Positions 22,076 to 34,857 are shown, counted from the first letter of the stretch. The stretch: 64,000 nucleotides of DNA from TPA_inf: Saccharomyces (GCA_000146045.2 BK006939.2:192001-256000), one strand, 5' to 3'. Program-made: numbers and translations. The notes: a model not told the origin generated them from the letters alone.

Positions 22076-22747
22076 TTAACAACAGTTATTTCCATTTGCC
22101 TTTTTGTTTTCGTTTGGTGTTGGTGTCAGACTAATCGTTGGTCCATTAGGAGCGGACGCACCATTGGCATTCCCGTTGGCACTGGAGTCACCAAGGTCCA
22201 TTTGATGCTTGCTGACCTTTTGATAGATGGTATTGATTAACTCTTCAAAAGCCTTATCCACGTTTTCACTGTTCAAAGCACTTGTTTCTGTGAATAATAA
22301 CTGATTTTCCTGTGCAAAAGTCTTGGACTCCTCCGTAGGTACAGCACGTAAATGGGCCAAATCAGACTTGTTACCGATAAGCCCCACTGCGACGTTGTCA
22401 TCTGCATTTTCTCTTAATTCTGATAACCAATGATTACAATTTTCATATGAGCTTGATTTACTGATATCGTAAACGATCAAGGCACCTACAGCTCCTCTAT
22501 AATAAGCAGAAGTAATGGCTCTGTAACGTTCCTGGCCCGCAGTATCCCAAATCTGCGCCTTGATCCTCTTGCCATCAATTTCCAAAGTTCTGGTGGCAAA
22601 CTCAACCCCAATTGTAGACTTTGAATCCATATTGAATTCGTTCTTCGTAAATCTTGACAATAGATTGGATTTCCCTACCCCGGAATCACCGATCAGTACA
22701 ATTTTAAATAGTAGGTCGTAATCATACCCGTAGTCCTCGCTGCTCAT
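22076..22747 (-). CDS. YPT31: Rab family GTPase (Rab11-like), 223 aa, C-terminal CC prenylation motif
   Basis: [19 protein letters not shown] motifs. C-terminal ...GNNCC. 223 aa. Confidence 0.95.
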
Positions 22748-22915
22748 TGTTGAAATCCCCAGACGCCGTCAGAATCCCTTTGCTGGCCTAAACAAAGTGC
22801 CTTGTAATAAAGGTCAAATTGTTATTCGTTTCTTTCTTGAAAAGTTTTGAGTTTCCCTCTTTCTCTAATTTAGCACCCGCACACCGCAGCGGCCTGTGAT
22901 ATTCCGCATTGGAAA

Positions 22916-25693
22916 ATGGTAAACAAACAACAAACGAGCCCAAACATAACAACAGTAGAATTGACGCCTAGGAACAACAATACAACATACTTACAGCAAG
23001 ACTACTACCTAATTAGTGCAATTAGATTGCGCTGGGATAGATCTGAAGCTTTTTTTCCGATTATGAGCCTCCCTGTTACACCTGTCAAGAGCAAAGTGTG
23101 CAGTACATTATCGATACAACATGAGATGGACCATGATCAATGCCGTGATGTGTTGTGCCCACGCGAAAACTTACTAGCCATTAATAGAACTAATAATATA
23201 GAGAGTGTTGCTATACCGCGACAGAGATCGAGCAAGAACAAGAAACCCCATGAGCATACACAATCGCAGGTTCGATTTTCCATTCCAGATCCAAATGAAA
23301 TATCACAGGACTCCCCACTGAAAATTGTATTCCCCAAGAGTGGAAATGAAACCGAAAGAAGAATGTCTACTTCATCATTACTTATGAATAGCCATGGTCA
23401 TTTAGTCGACATGCACTCTAAAATACTGGTCGATGTCCCTAAAGAAGTTTGGAAGTTTCATCATAACAGGAGAAAAAAATGTGAAAGCAGGCACCGTAAA
23501 ACTCGTTCTGATGTTAGGTCCAACACAAGTAGTAGTGGAAAAGAACCAAACCATTCTAGATCAAAATCATTACAGTCGATCATTGTGGATACAATGAACA
23601 CATATCGTGCAACCGAGGTTGAGACCAGTATTAATGAGAATACTAGTAATATTAGCCAAGTATCTCCGCTGAATTTATCATTTGACAGGCCTCCTCCCTT
23701 AACTCCCGAAAAGAATTTATATCTCACTCCTGAATCGCCATTGAACAGATATCATTTACCAGTTCCATTAGAAATATCTCTGCCGCCCTACTTATCTCCG
23801 CAAAACAAGGATAAAAAGAGGAGTAGCTTGGTTTACGATGGGGATGGCTATAGCCAGTTTCAAGAAGGTAACACCTCATCGTCAACTGAATCTTCTCTAG
23901 AACAGCCCTCATCGTCGTATTCAGATGAAGATGATTCTATTCCATATGCCCACCATGATGTGTCTTTCGAGTTAAATAATGCAGATGCTGATAAGCTTCT
24001 TGGAATTGATGAGAACGCCAACGTCAATCTGAAGATACAAAGGAGAAATCTCAAAAACCCACAACATATTAAGAGTAAAACAGATAGGGAATGTGAGGAA
24101 AAAAACACTGAAAAAAATGTTTCGTTAAAAATTCTGTCAACACCAAATAAACTGATAGACATCCCCGACTTAGAGCACATGAAATCCCCACCAAGCACAG
24201 GTTTAAATGGGACATTAAAATTTTTCCAGCAGTTTGAACCTAGCGAGGAGCCAACTTCTCCAACTCGCCAAGTTAACCCTGAATCACTGGACAAACTCGA
24301 TATGTCATTCAAATTTCCCTCCAGTACTACTAACAATAATGTGGATAAGGTACATGAAAATAGAAACTCTGGAGACACGAACAATGAAGATTTCCTGAAA
24401 GTTGATACTTCGCCTGTGAATCAATCATTTGAATCCAGAAGACAGATGTTAATAGACTTGCAAAAATCTCCGACGAATAATAATCCGAGGATACATAAAC
24501 ATAGGAGAAGCAGGAGCGTTCATAATATTGATGACATTTCCTTAAATTTCGAGGCAACCTCCACACCACCAGCTCCGACCTCTGCTCCCTCAATTCCTGT
24601 TGAACATTCTAACCCATGTACTTCCATTGAAATACCTAAGAGATCACCCTTACGGTTCACGTCATCTCCAAAAACATCTGATATTCCTCCTGAAGCTCAA
24701 TCACCTAAAAATGGGTCCTTCCTCCAAGAAATCTCGGTACCTTCGATTCAAATTATACCAGATGAAAGTATCTCTCATACAAGAGAACCATCACCATCAC
24801 TTATTGAATGCCCAGAGGATGAAAACGAAGCTTTTTCTACTGAAGTTGCTGACCATTCTATTGCAATAATTAGTGAAACAAAAAGTGTTCCATCGATAGA
24901 GCCATTCAAACCGCTATCTTCATTCAATTCATTTGGTCAAGAAATTCAAAACAAGGAACCAACTCCTTTGAACCAAACTCCTACAGACTTAATTGGTAAA
25001 CAAAGAAACTGTGTGAATCCGCATTCAATTCCATTTAGTGTTTTATCTTCCAATAGCCAATCGTCACAATCGGGTAGTAGTAAATCTTCCTACAATTCTG
25101 AGTTTTCTTCCAATACTGCCATTACGGATACAACATCTCAACCTTCTGTGACCATTAACAGGTCAACTTTAGAACATAACTTTATAGAAGAAAAACGATC
25201 AATTAAAAATTTAGGTCATGGTCCTCCATCCCAGAAGAACAACTATTCGTTCCCCAGGAATAAGAATACTCCTTCAAATAGACACGATTTGGATTTTAAT
25301 ACCATTTACGAAAAAAGAGATGGTAAAATGGTTGAGGTTATTCTTTTAGATGAGGATGAAGATGTAGGCCTCAAAAATAACGATATATCACGAACAAGAG
25401 TCTGCCATGCTCAAAAAGCTAAAAATGAGCAACAGAAGAAACGTCTAAGCCATTGCAACGAAATTTTGGGCATGTGTGATAAAACTGCAGATGATGCAAA
25501 AAGAATTATTTATCAACTGGTAAATGAGAAGCATAAATTCTCAGAAAAAGGACAACAAACAAAGCCAAAAAAATCAAGAGTACTTCCGCCGTTGCCTTTT
25601 CCACTGTATGATGAAAAAGGGAATTCTTTGATCCCGAACAAGTATCAGTCCAGTATTCATAACGACATTCCATCTCATCGCAAACTAAAATAA
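22916..25693 (+). CDS. FIR1: Ser/Asn-rich protein implicated in mRNA 3'-end processing, 925 aa (alternative in-frame start M50 at 23063 would give 876 aa)
   Basis: Long ATG-initiated low-complexity ORF in the YER032W position. The identification as FIR1 rests on synteny and length. Confidence 0.8.
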
Positions 25694-26056
25694 AAAAAAA
25701 AAAAACAACCCTACAAATTGTTCTGGTAAACAGATTTGACCAGCTCATCGCATGAAGATTTATCGGAATGGCAATTTGCTTATTGCCTATTTTATTTTTT
25801 CATCGGACATTACAAAATTTCATATCTCTTACATGTAAGAAAAACTTCTAGTTTTTGTACTTTCTTAAAAAAACTATATTCAGACATGCCAATTCTGTAA
25901 AACAAATTAATAATATGTACTTTTATATCTACCAAAGATCATCCTTGGCACATGCAATTGATTACAAATACGAACATTACGCAAAGGTTTTAAAGCTAGT
26001 CACCTACTAGGGAAGAAATGTGGAGGCTACGGGCATAAAAAACATGCAGTATTTTC

Positions 26057-29000
26057 TCACGCTCTCTTTGGCGAGCTTTGAACAGAAGATGGTGTCTCCT
26101 GAATAGGGCTTAATGAGTAGTCATTTGAGAACTCCGGTGTGGGTTTAGTAAATGAATTAGTTGGTGTGATAGTTGTCGGTAAATTTGGTGAGATTACGTA
26201 GTTATCATTGCATTTTCCATCTAAACCATTCGATATTTGATGTTGTGGCGAAAGAACACTTGAAGGTTCTACGTTTTGACCAACATTATGATTTTGATAT
26301 TTACTATCTCTCATTTGGGATGAAGTTTTTCGGGAGAGTGAATTGCAGTCATAAGTATTCCAATTATTACTGTTAAAGAAGGTGACAGTCTTGTTTGTAA
26401 GTTCAATCTTATTTTTCATCGGAGCTAATTCTTTAGCCCCTTGGTTGATCGTTAATTTCCCATTAAAACTATGCGTACTTCTGAAAGACGATGACACAGA
26501 TGAAAAAGGAGAGACTTCTCTATTCTTGGAGCCGCCCCGTAAAGGAGATTTCAGTGTACGACGATTAAGATCATCTCTTTCAGAATCAGAGAAGTTAAAA
26601 TCCTCTGGAATGCCATTAATTTCATCGATGTCGTAGTGGTCGAAATCAAAAAACTTACTTTTCTGATTGTATTCGTCTTCCTCAGCTTCATCAATGAAAA
26701 AGAGATTACTCATTGGTCTGGGGACTTCTGAATCTAAATCGCAATTTAAGTCATGATATTTTAGTGATTGAGACCTAGCTGGCGGCGGAAGAGGGGGGCT
26801 ATTGAGTACAGCCGTATACTGTGGGCTCGCATAGTGCGGCTGCTGTGAATGAGAGGAATCAATAAGTTGAAACGGAGTTCTTAGTATGCTACTAGTGTCA
26901 TCATCATCATCTTCACCATCATCATCGGTGATTGCAAGGGCTTGTGATTGCGCATCAGAAACGCTTGGAGTTATTACAATCTTAGCCGGTGTTTGAAGAA
27001 TCTGCGAATGAGGATGATTGGGAGGATGGGATTCTGATTTGGTTTCATACAAAGAACTTTGCAGGGAGACCTGCCTTTCTGAATCATTGGATACTAAGCC
27101 GTTAGAATTGTTCCCTCCTGTCCCAGAATCACTTTCAGCGTCACTTGCACTATCATCAACATTAAATATATCTGAAAACGACTTTACTGTAGGCTTGGTA
27201 GAGCCAGTAGTACCTGTAAGGGAAGCCTTTATTGCAGAAGTGTGCTCCGTTTCATCATCCGAATTATTCCTTTTGAGAGAGAAACTATAGTTCGGCTTTC
27301 CATCACGTATGATATTTTTGTTAGATTGACTATAGATCCCCCGTGTTGATTTTGCATTTGCTGGTCCACTTTCTATACTAGGAGCTTCATCGGAAAACAT
27401 ATAAGACTCAGCTTCTGACATCTCTTTGTCGTCGTTATCGTCCTCATCAGACAAATCGAAAAGGTCATTGTATTTTTGAATAGGCTTCTTGACATTATCG
27501 TTTATTAGAAACTGCTCTTTGTTGTCAACCGTTTCTCCAAGAGATGCATCATCATGGTGTCCGCCATGGTTACCATTAAAAGTTTCTTTCCCGTTTTCTA
27601 ATCGTTTTTGATAAAGATTATCACTCTCATTTTCATCTCCATTGTTACTGTTATCTTTACCATCCTCCTCCTCATCATCATCGCTCAAGTTAAAAAGATC
27701 ATTGAACTTTTTGACTTTATTGCTTTTCAAGGATGTTTCTTCGAATCGAGTCGATAAACCGCATATTTCGTTTCCCTCATTACCACTCTCATCATCTTCT
27801 ATACAATTCATATCGTCATCAAAGTTCTCATCCTCATATAGATCGTCTATGTATACATTTGCCGCCGGTTCCGGTTTGGAGTAATACTTTACAGATGATG
27901 TCCTTACGTTTATGCCGGCATATTCAAACGAAAATTCCGACTCATCATCATCATCATCGTCATCATCATCGTCATCATAATCATCATCATGATCATTATC
28001 GCCATCACCGTTTTCAGAAGATTCGTCATTACAATCGTTGGCTTTATGGGTTTCTTTTTCATTGACAGAGTATTCATCGGAATTGTTGTTGAGGGAATAC
28101 ACCTTTTCTTCTTCTTTTCTATTAAGACTAATCCTTACTTTTTTCTTGTTCAAGGTCTCGTTTTGACTATCGTTTTTGTTCACTTTTGAAGGTGATGATT
28201 GTAAGTCGCCGTGTCGTATCTTTGGTGAGAGGGAAAGTGTTTGACTATAAAAACAAGGTGACTTGTTTATTGGTGATGTGGTTTCGGAAGAGGTTAAAGT
28301 GGAAGTAGTGGTCACTCTTTCGATGTCTAATATTTTCTCATCGGTTTGTTCATTAGAAGATTGGTCATTATTAATGGTGGTGGTTGAATTTCCGGAAAAC
28401 GCAGCGGCTAGTAGACTCATATCCATTTGAGAAGCCTTTCCCAAATTTATTATATCATCATGAGAATGAATTCTTGCTTGTCTGTTTCTATTTTTGGCAA
28501 GCGCTAATGCTTTATAAACATGATGTTCCTTCTTAGATGACCCGTCCTCAGCATCGTCGATATTTTCCTGCTGTTTACCCTTGTTCTTGTTCAATATTCT
28601 TATGGCAGGTTCCAGGTTAGATGGTGATGTAGTTGAAGTTAGATTTTCATTGCCAATGATAGGGGTTTTGAATTGTTTAGAAGAAGTCGCTTCAGATGTG
28701 TTTGATGCTGGGGAAGCAGGATCGTTTAATATTATTACGTGCGATTCGACCTTGGAATCTCCCCACGAATGAGTAATTGTGCCCTTAATAGCAGGCAGAG
28801 AGTCTGTGGTTCTATTAAAATCTTTTGCAGGAGAAGTTTTTTTATATGCAGTATATTCACTTTCATTGTCATGACGTGAAAAGGAAGAGGTAGAAGAGGA
28901 AGGAAAGAGCGGCGGTGGTAATGGCGGCGGAGGTCCAGTATTTTTTGTGGGTGGATTTTGGAGAACAAATGAATTTGAAGTAGTCTGATTTGTGCTTGTG

Positions 29001-29287
29001 GTTGGAGTTGAAGCTAAATGCGAGTTTAAGTTTGAGTTTGAAGTTTTCTTGAACAACTTTGAAGTCTTGTTAGCCAAACGATGGAAAGACTCAAATCCAG
29101 GTGAGTGTTTCGCGGGTGGTGGAATGCTATCGTAATTCATTTGTGATGGTGTAGATGGTAGAAAGTCTAAGGAGTCATCACTTGACCTTTGAGAACTATT
29201 ATTAGTATTGCCACTGAAGTTGCTATGTCGCTTGGGGCTTTCATCAAACGACGTGGACTTCTTATGGGCTTTTATGAAAGACCGCAT
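26057..29287 (-). CDS. ZRG8: Zinc-regulated (Zap1 target) protein, 1076 aa, Ser/Asp-rich
   Basis: 1076-aa ORF with a long poly-Asp tract. Position and length match ZRG8 (YER033C). Confidence 0.88.
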   Translation of the reverse strand: MRSFIKAHKKSTSFDESPKRHSNFSGNTNNSSQRSSDDSLDFLPSTPSQMNYDSIPPPAKHSPGFESFHRLANKTSKLFKKTSNSNLNSHLASTPTTSTNQTTSNSFVLQNPPTKNTGPPPPLPPPLFPSSSTSSFSRHDNESEYTAYKKTSPAKDFNRTTDSLPAIKGTITHSWGDSKVESHVIILNDPASPASNTSEATSSKQFKTPIIGNENLTSTTSPSNLEPAIRILNKNKGKQQENIDDAEDGSSKKEHHVYKALALAKNRNRQARIHSHDDIINLGKASQMDMSLLAAAFSGNSTTTINNDQSSNEQTDEKILDIERVTTTSTLTSSETTSPINKSPCFYSQTLSLSPKIRHGDLQSSPSKVNKNDSQNETLNKKKVRISLNRKEEEKVYSLNNNSDEYSVNEKETHKANDCNDESSENGDGDNDHDDDYDDDDDDDDDDDESEFSFEYAGINVRTSSVKYYSKPEPAANVYIDDLYEDENFDDDMNCIEDDESGNEGNEICGLSTRFEETSLKSNKVKKFNDLFNLSDDDEEEDGKDNSNNGDENESDNLYQKRLENGKETFNGNHGGHHDDASLGETVDNKEQFLINDNVKKPIQKYNDLFDLSDEDDNDDKEMSEAESYMFSDEAPSIESGPANAKSTRGIYSQSNKNIIRDGKPNYSFSLKRNNSDDETEHTSAIKASLTGTTGSTKPTVKSFSDIFNVDDSASDAESDSGTGGNNSNGLVSNDSERQVSLQSSLYETKSESHPPNHPHSQILQTPAKIVITPSVSDAQSQALAITDDDGEDDDDDTSSILRTPFQLIDSSHSQQPHYASPQYTAVLNSPPLPPPARSQSLKYHDLNCDLDSEVPRPMSNLFFIDEAEEDEYNQKSKFFDFDHYDIDEINGIPEDFNFSDSERDDLNRRTLKSPLRGGSKNREVSPFSSVSSSFRSTHSFNGKLTINQGAKELAPMKNKIELTNKTVTFFNSNNWNTYDCNSLSRKTSSQMRDSKYQNHNVGQNVEPSSVLSPQHQISNGLDGKCNDNYVISPNLPTTITPTNSFTKPTPEFSNDYSLSPIQETPSSVQSSPKRA

Positions 29288-29845
29288 GATGAAATATTCC
29301 AGTTATGCGTGTGCGTCTTGTGATGCAGATCCTTTTGGGCAAAAACAGTTGGTTTGTGCGAAAACGCAAGGTAATAAATAGGCTTAAAGGAACTAAAAAA
29401 AAAAAAAGGAAAATAACCAGCTAAGATTTAAGGTACAAGAAAGCGGTTGCACCTCAAGTAATGATAGTTATTAAACCTTGGATTGGACCAGATGTTTAAA
29501 ATTGTTTTCAATAGTAGATTTGCAGTCGTAAATGCGTTCTCAGCAATATCATATTGTGTTTATGAAGTATTACCAAACGGGTAGAAGAACGGTTTAAGAG
29601 AATATGTCCGGATAAAGCGATCAGGAGAAAAGCTTAAAACCCAAAGTGGTCAATCTGCAGCCCATTTAGGCACTCTGCATTTAACCGATACCCGGATTGA
29701 AGAAAGCTGGCGGGTGTATGGGTGAAGGAGAAGAAAGGAAGTGATTAGGAGAAACCTCATGGAGATGAGCACATGCTACAACTAATAACGTTATTCTACT
29801 TAAAACGAGCAAAACAAAAAAAAAAACAAGACAATTGAAAACGCA

Positions 29846-30403
29846 ATGGATGCATTCAGCTTAAAGAAGGATAATCGAAAAAAATTTCAAGATAAACAGA
29901 AATTGAAAAGAAAACATGCCACACCCAGTGATAGAAAGTACCGGCTATTGAACCGCCAAAAAGAAGAGAAAGCTACCACAGAGGAGAAAGATCAAGACCA
30001 AGAACAGCCCGCCCTGAAGTCAAACGAGGACAGGTACTATGAGGACCCGGTACTCGAGGACCCGCATTCTGCAGTCGCCAATGCAGAGTTGAACAAGGTG
30101 CTAAAAGACGTCCTCAAAAATCGGCTCCAGCAGAACGACGACGCCACAGCCGTCAATAATGTTGCTAATAAAGATACTTTGAAAATCAAAGACCTCAAGC
30201 AGATGAATACGGATGAGCTCAATCGTTGGCTCGGACGGCAGAATACAACATCGGCTATAACAGCGGCTGAGCCCGAATCATTAGTCGTTCCCATTCACGT
30301 ACAAGGTGATCATGATCGTGCGGGCAAGAAGATCAGTGCCCCTTCGACCGATCTACCGGAAGAACTAGAGACCGATCAGGATTTCCTTGATGGACTGCTC
30401 TAA
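29846..30403 (+). CDS. Uncharacterised protein, 185 aa
   Basis: ATG-initiated 185-aa hydrophilic ORF between ZRG8 and EDC2. Matches YER034W by position and length. Confidence 0.75.
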   Translation: MDAFSLKKDNRKKFQDKQKLKRKHATPSDRKYRLLNRQKEEKATTEEKDQDQEQPALKSNEDRYYEDPVLEDPHSAVANAELNKVLKDVLKNRLQQNDDATAVNNVANKDTLKIKDLKQMNTDELNRWLGRQNTTSAITAAEPESLVVPIHVQGDHDRAGKKISAPSTDLPEELETDQDFLDGLL

Positions 30404-30638
30404 TCGCGCGGTACGACAGTTACTGCGTGAAAAGATTATCAGCGCCCCTTTTTTTCTTCTTTGTTCTTAACGTTTCTTTTTCTTGCGGCTTATGCCCGTA
30501 CTTATAAAACAACGGCCTCCCGTGCCCTATTACCTTCCTGATAGACCGGACAATAACGTCACTACATACAAAGTTATACACTAACAGAAACTCAAACACA
30601 AACGTTTTTATAATAGTCAAAATTAAATATCTCTCATA

Positions 30639-31076
30639 ATGGGTTCCGAGACAAAACATTCTGCAAAAGTCAAGATTGTCACAAGGGAAAGTCCTCCTTC
30701 CGCCAAGGAGCACATGCGCCCCACTAAAACTCAAATATTAGTTCCACCGACGCAGAGTTTGCCCAATGGCAAGAAACCAAACTTCGGTAAGTCTACAAAA
30801 CAGCGGCGAGAACCTAGGGAACGCACCTCGAAGACGGGACACGAGGACGATAAGGCAACGATGGTCACTGTTAACATAGATGCCTTCCTACATGATAAGG
30901 CCCCTAAAAAAAAATCGTGCAAATACAAGAAGAAGAAAACGAGACAGTACCAGGATAGGGCGGCGGCGTCGATCGATTCGAAACCGCACGTAGCTGGTCA
31001 TACGGCCTTTGCCGGTGCTTCGTTCACAACAGATATCCCACATGAGGCAGCGCTACCCAAACCTAGTTTTGTTTGA
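30639..31076 (+). CDS. EDC2: Enhancer of mRNA decapping, basic 145-aa protein
   Basis: 145-aa Lys/Arg-rich ORF. Matches EDC2 (YER035W). Confidence 0.85.
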   Translation: MGSETKHSAKVKIVTRESPPSAKEHMRPTKTQILVPPTQSLPNGKKPNFGKSTKQRREPRERTSKTGHEDDKATMVTVNIDAFLHDKAPKKKSCKYKKKKTRQYQDRAAASIDSKPHVAGHTAFAGASFTTDIPHEAALPKPSFV

Positions 31077-31366
31077 GTAGCTGTGATTGTAAATTTTTTT
31101 ATTTCTACTTGAGCGGGCGGGCTCTCATTTTTTTTTTTGGGGTTTTATTTAGGTCGGATTATTCATAAAGATGGCATTTATATACATTTTTACGCAATTA
31201 CCCTCATATTCTTACACATACGGAGAAGTCATTGTTATATCTTCTTGCCTTCACATTGTTATCGGTGATTTTCTTTCTTTATTGATTGATTAGTTATATA
31301 AATTATTGCTATTAAAATACATAAAAGGGGAAGTAAAAACGTGCACGGCGCAGATCAACTTCACAA

Positions 31367-33199
31367 TTACAAAACAACGTTCTTGGCCAATTTGTTCTTA
31401 TATTGCAAAATGGATCCGTCCCATCTGGTAGCGGTCTTGTTTTCCACAACGAAAATATCTTGGGCAATTTTGTCTAATAATCTGAAATCATGCGAAACGA
31501 CGACGACACCACCGTTAAATTCGTTGATGGCGTCGGCCAAGGAGTCGATGGTTGGGATATCCAAACCATTGGTAGGTTCATCTAATAGTAGGACATTTGG
31601 TTGTTCTAAAGCTAATAAAGCAAAGACGACACGAGAACGTTGACCTTCTGACAAGGTAGCCATTTGAACGGTTTGACCTTCCCCGGTTAGCCCGTAGCGA
31701 CCTAGTTGGCCTCTCCAGAATTGGAAATCTTGTGAGATGTTAGAGTACTTGTCACGGACAAATTCTAAAGCAGATTTTGTCAAGTCCAGTTGATCTTGAG
31801 AGTGTTGCGAGTAGACACCCAACTTGACATGGGTATGTCTAGAAACACGGCCAGATTGTGGGGTCAATTCACCGGTCATAATCTTCAACAATGTGGATTT
31901 ACCAACACCATTTGGTCCGACAAGGGCAATACGTGAGTCCATATCGACACCAAAGTTCAAATGTTCGTACAAGTTTTCGGATGGGTTGCTCTCATAATGA
32001 AATGAAATATCATCGAATGCTAAAACTGGTGGTGGCAATCTTTCCACTTGTGGGAATCTAAATGAGAAAACTTTGTCAGGGACGACAGGTTGGACTAAAC
32101 CATCTGCTTCCATCTTGTCCAAAATTTTTTGTCTAGATTTAGCTTGTTTCACCAAGTTAGCATAAGTACCAGCAGATGCAATGAATTTTTTAATATGTTG
32201 GATTTCCTCTTGTTGTTTATTGTATTGTTTCATTTGATTGGTTTCCAATTCGGATCTTGTCTTGTGATAAGAATCATAGTTACCACCGTAAGCAGTTAGT
32301 TTTTGAGCTCTCATGTCAATCATATTGGTACAAACACCGTTCAAGAAATCTTGAGAGTGGGACACCAAAACTAAAGTTCTGTCAAATCTCTTCAAATATT
32401 CTTCTAACCAAACACAAGCTTCCAAATCCAGATGCGCAGTAGGATCATCCAACAATAATAGAGTTGGCTTAACGAAAAGAGCTTTTGCCAACGCAACACG
32501 CATTTTCCATCCACCAGACATATCTTTGGTTTTCTTCAAAATGGTCTTCTTGTTGAAACCTAGACCGATCAAAATGATAGCAGCTCTAGATTCAAAGGTG
32601 TCTGGATCCAAAGAGTCCATTCTTTCATATAGAGGCTCTAATAACTCGGACTCAGGACCATCTTCCAAGATAGTCTTTTCGACTAAGTCTTCTATTCTTT
32701 TCAATTCGTGTTGAGCTTCAGTGACAACGTAGTCCAAGGCCGACAATTCACTTGGTTCCGCAGGTTCGTCCAATAAATAAATATCAATATGCTCAGGAAT
32801 AGGATATTCTCTAGTAGCAAGAGCCTTTAAGAATGTTGACTTACCACAACCATTTTCTCCCAGAAGACCATATCTACGGCCGTAGTTTAATTCTAAACCA
32901 GAATCTTGGATCAAAACTTTACCGTGGAACAGTAAAGAAACAGAAGATAGCTTGATATCACGGGAAGTCTCCAATGAACTCAAAACACCAGTGACAACAC
33001 GATCTGAAAGACCATCCTTATCTTGTTGCAACTTCATCATCTTGATTTCTCTAGCGGCTGCATCTACCTCCGATTCTTCAGCAGCAGCCTCCTTTTTTCT
33101 ACCTAGCTTTCTGATGGTTTTACCGGCAGCGGCTTTCTTAGCCTCTCTTTCAGCTTTCTTAGCATCTCTCTTGGCCTTTGACGCAGATACTGGTGGCAT
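31367..33199 (-). CDS. ARB1: ABC-F family ATPase involved in ribosome biogenesis, 610 aa
   Basis: Two ABC cassettes (GxNGxGKST Walker A motifs, LSGGW signature). The track ORF starts at TTG 33214. The first ATG, 33199, gives 610 aa (MPPVSASKAKRD...). Confidence 0.93.
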   Translation of the reverse strand: MPPVSASKAKRDAKKAEREAKKAAAGKTIRKLGRKKEAAAEESEVDAAAREIKMMKLQQDKDGLSDRVVTGVLSSLETSRDIKLSSVSLLFHGKVLIQDSGLELNYGRRYGLLGENGCGKSTFLKALATREYPIPEHIDIYLLDEPAEPSELSALDYVVTEAQHELKRIEDLVEKTILEDGPESELLEPLYERMDSLDPDTFESRAAIILIGLGFNKKTILKKTKDMSGGWKMRVALAKALFVKPTLLLLDDPTAHLDLEACVWLEEYLKRFDRTLVLVSHSQDFLNGVCTNMIDMRAQKLTAYGGNYDSYHKTRSELETNQMKQYNKQQEEIQHIKKFIASAGTYANLVKQAKSRQKILDKMEADGLVQPVVPDKVFSFRFPQVERLPPPVLAFDDISFHYESNPSENLYEHLNFGVDMDSRIALVGPNGVGKSTLLKIMTGELTPQSGRVSRHTHVKLGVYSQHSQDQLDLTKSALEFVRDKYSNISQDFQFWRGQLGRYGLTGEGQTVQMATLSEGQRSRVVFALLALEQPNVLLLDEPTNGLDIPTIDSLADAINEFNGGVVVVSHDFRLLDKIAQDIFVVENKTATRWDGSILQYKNKLAKNVVL

Positions 33200-33382
33200 A
33201 TTTGGTTCTGTCAAGTTACTGTTTGTAGCACTGAGGGGAAGAAAACAATTTTTGCAAGAAAAAAGTTAAGAAAGAAGAAGAAAAACTACACGGGCACTAA
33301 CATGTTAAATATGATAATATTTTTTTTTATAAGAGAATCACTACCAAGTTACCTGAACTACGTCAAGGAAAAGCCATTAATT

Positions 33383-33423
33383 GAGATGAGGTGAACGAAG
33401 AAAAAAAAAAAGAAAAAAATTTT
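33383..33423 (-). promoter_or_regulatory. Ribosome-biogenesis promoter signature for ARB1: PAC-like GAGATGAG (33383..33390) plus RRPE-like GAAAAAAATTTT (33412..33423)
   Basis: PAC and RRPE motifs lie 185-225 bp upstream of the ARB1 ATG, about 25 bp apart. This is the typical arrangement for Ribi-regulon genes. Motif matches are 7/8 and near-consensus. Confidence 0.5.
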
Positions 33424-33888
33424 TATTTTTTTTTCCATCGGTCTCCCCCCTCACCTTTCTTTTTTCATTCGTTTAAAGTGAGATTAGGGTAATGCATTTC
33501 GTATTTAGTGAGTAAACGTCAAAGGTGATATAGGGGGTTTTTCTTTTTCCAGAAAAAGAAAGAAAAAAGCCGGCGGTCGCCGCCGGAGATGGTTGAGAAA
33601 AAAAGGGGGCAGCAACGTGCTTCACATACAAACCAAGTTCTTGGATCTGTACGATCGTTTCTGCGGGTTTTTCCGTATTTGCCGCAATACTGAAATGGCT
33701 CATTATTAGGAGATGTGCATATAATGTATATACATACATTTAGCATATGTAATACATTCGTACATGTATAGAAATATATGTTTATATATATATATATATA
33801 TATATGTATATACGAACTCGGTTTAACGCATAGTTGGTAAAAGATTTAATGTAGATAAAAAACACATAAGTTTTATACGCACGTAATC

Positions 33889-34854
33889 ATGACTATCGCT
33901 AAAGATTACAGAACAATTTATAGAAACCAAATCAAAAAGCAGATACGACTAAATCAGGAGCATTTGCAAAGCTTGACACATCTAGGCTCACAAATCAATT
34001 TCGAGGTGGATCCTCCCAAATTACCGGATCCGGATCCTGCTCGAAAAGTATTTTTCTTTGATATCGATAACACTTTGTACAGAAAATCTACGAAGGTACA
34101 ATTGCTCATGCAACAATCATTATCAAATTTCTTTAAATACGAATTGGGGTTTGACGACGATGAGGCAGAACGCCTAATCGAATCGTATTATCAAGAATAT
34201 GGATTATCCGTGAAAGGTTTAATAAAGAATAAACAAATTGATGACGTCCTACAATATAATACATTCATCGATGATTCCTTACCTTTGCAAGACTATTTAA
34301 AGCCTGATTGGAAGTTAAGGGAGCTGCTGATCAATTTAAAGAAAAAGAAGCTCGGCAAATTTGACAAACTATGGCTGTTTACAAACTCGTACAAAAATCA
34401 TGCCATCAGATGTGTTAAAATATTAGGTATTGCTGATCTATTTGACGGCATAACCTATTGCCACTACGACAGACCCATCGAGGAAGAATTCATTTGCAAG
34501 CCAGATCCAAAATTCTTCGAAACAGCTAAATTGCAAAGTGGGTTGTCGAGCTTTGCAAATGCCTGGTTTATTGATGACAACGAAAGCAATGTGCGGAGCG
34601 CGTTGAGCATGGGGATGGGCCATGTTATCCATTTGATAGAGGATTACCAATATGAGTCAGAAAATATTGTTACTAAGGACCACAAAAATAAGCAACAATT
34701 TTCCATATTGAAAGATATCCTTGAGATTCCATTGATAATGGACGTTGAAGTTTACCGTCCATCCTCTATTGCCATAAAGGAAATGGAAGAGTTGGAAGAG
34801 GAAGGGGAAGCAGTCAACTGGTCAAATCAACAGATCAATGTTCAGTCATCATGA
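33889..34854 (+). CDS. PHM8: HAD-family phosphatase (nucleotidase/lysophosphatidic acid phosphatase), 321 aa
   Basis: HAD motif I FFFDIDNTLY. 321 aa. Matches PHM8 (YER037W). Confidence 0.92.
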   Translation: MTIAKDYRTIYRNQIKKQIRLNQEHLQSLTHLGSQINFEVDPPKLPDPDPARKVFFFDIDNTLYRKSTKVQLLMQQSLSNFFKYELGFDDDEAERLIESYYQEYGLSVKGLIKNKQIDDVLQYNTFIDDSLPLQDYLKPDWKLRELLINLKKKKLGKFDKLWLFTNSYKNHAIRCVKILGIADLFDGITYCHYDRPIEEEFICKPDPKFFETAKLQSGLSSFANAWFIDDNESNVRSALSMGMGHVIHLIEDYQYESENIVTKDHKNKQQFSILKDILEIPLIMDVEVYRPSSIAIKEMEELEEEGEAVNWSNQQINVQSS

Positions 34855-34857
34855 CTG

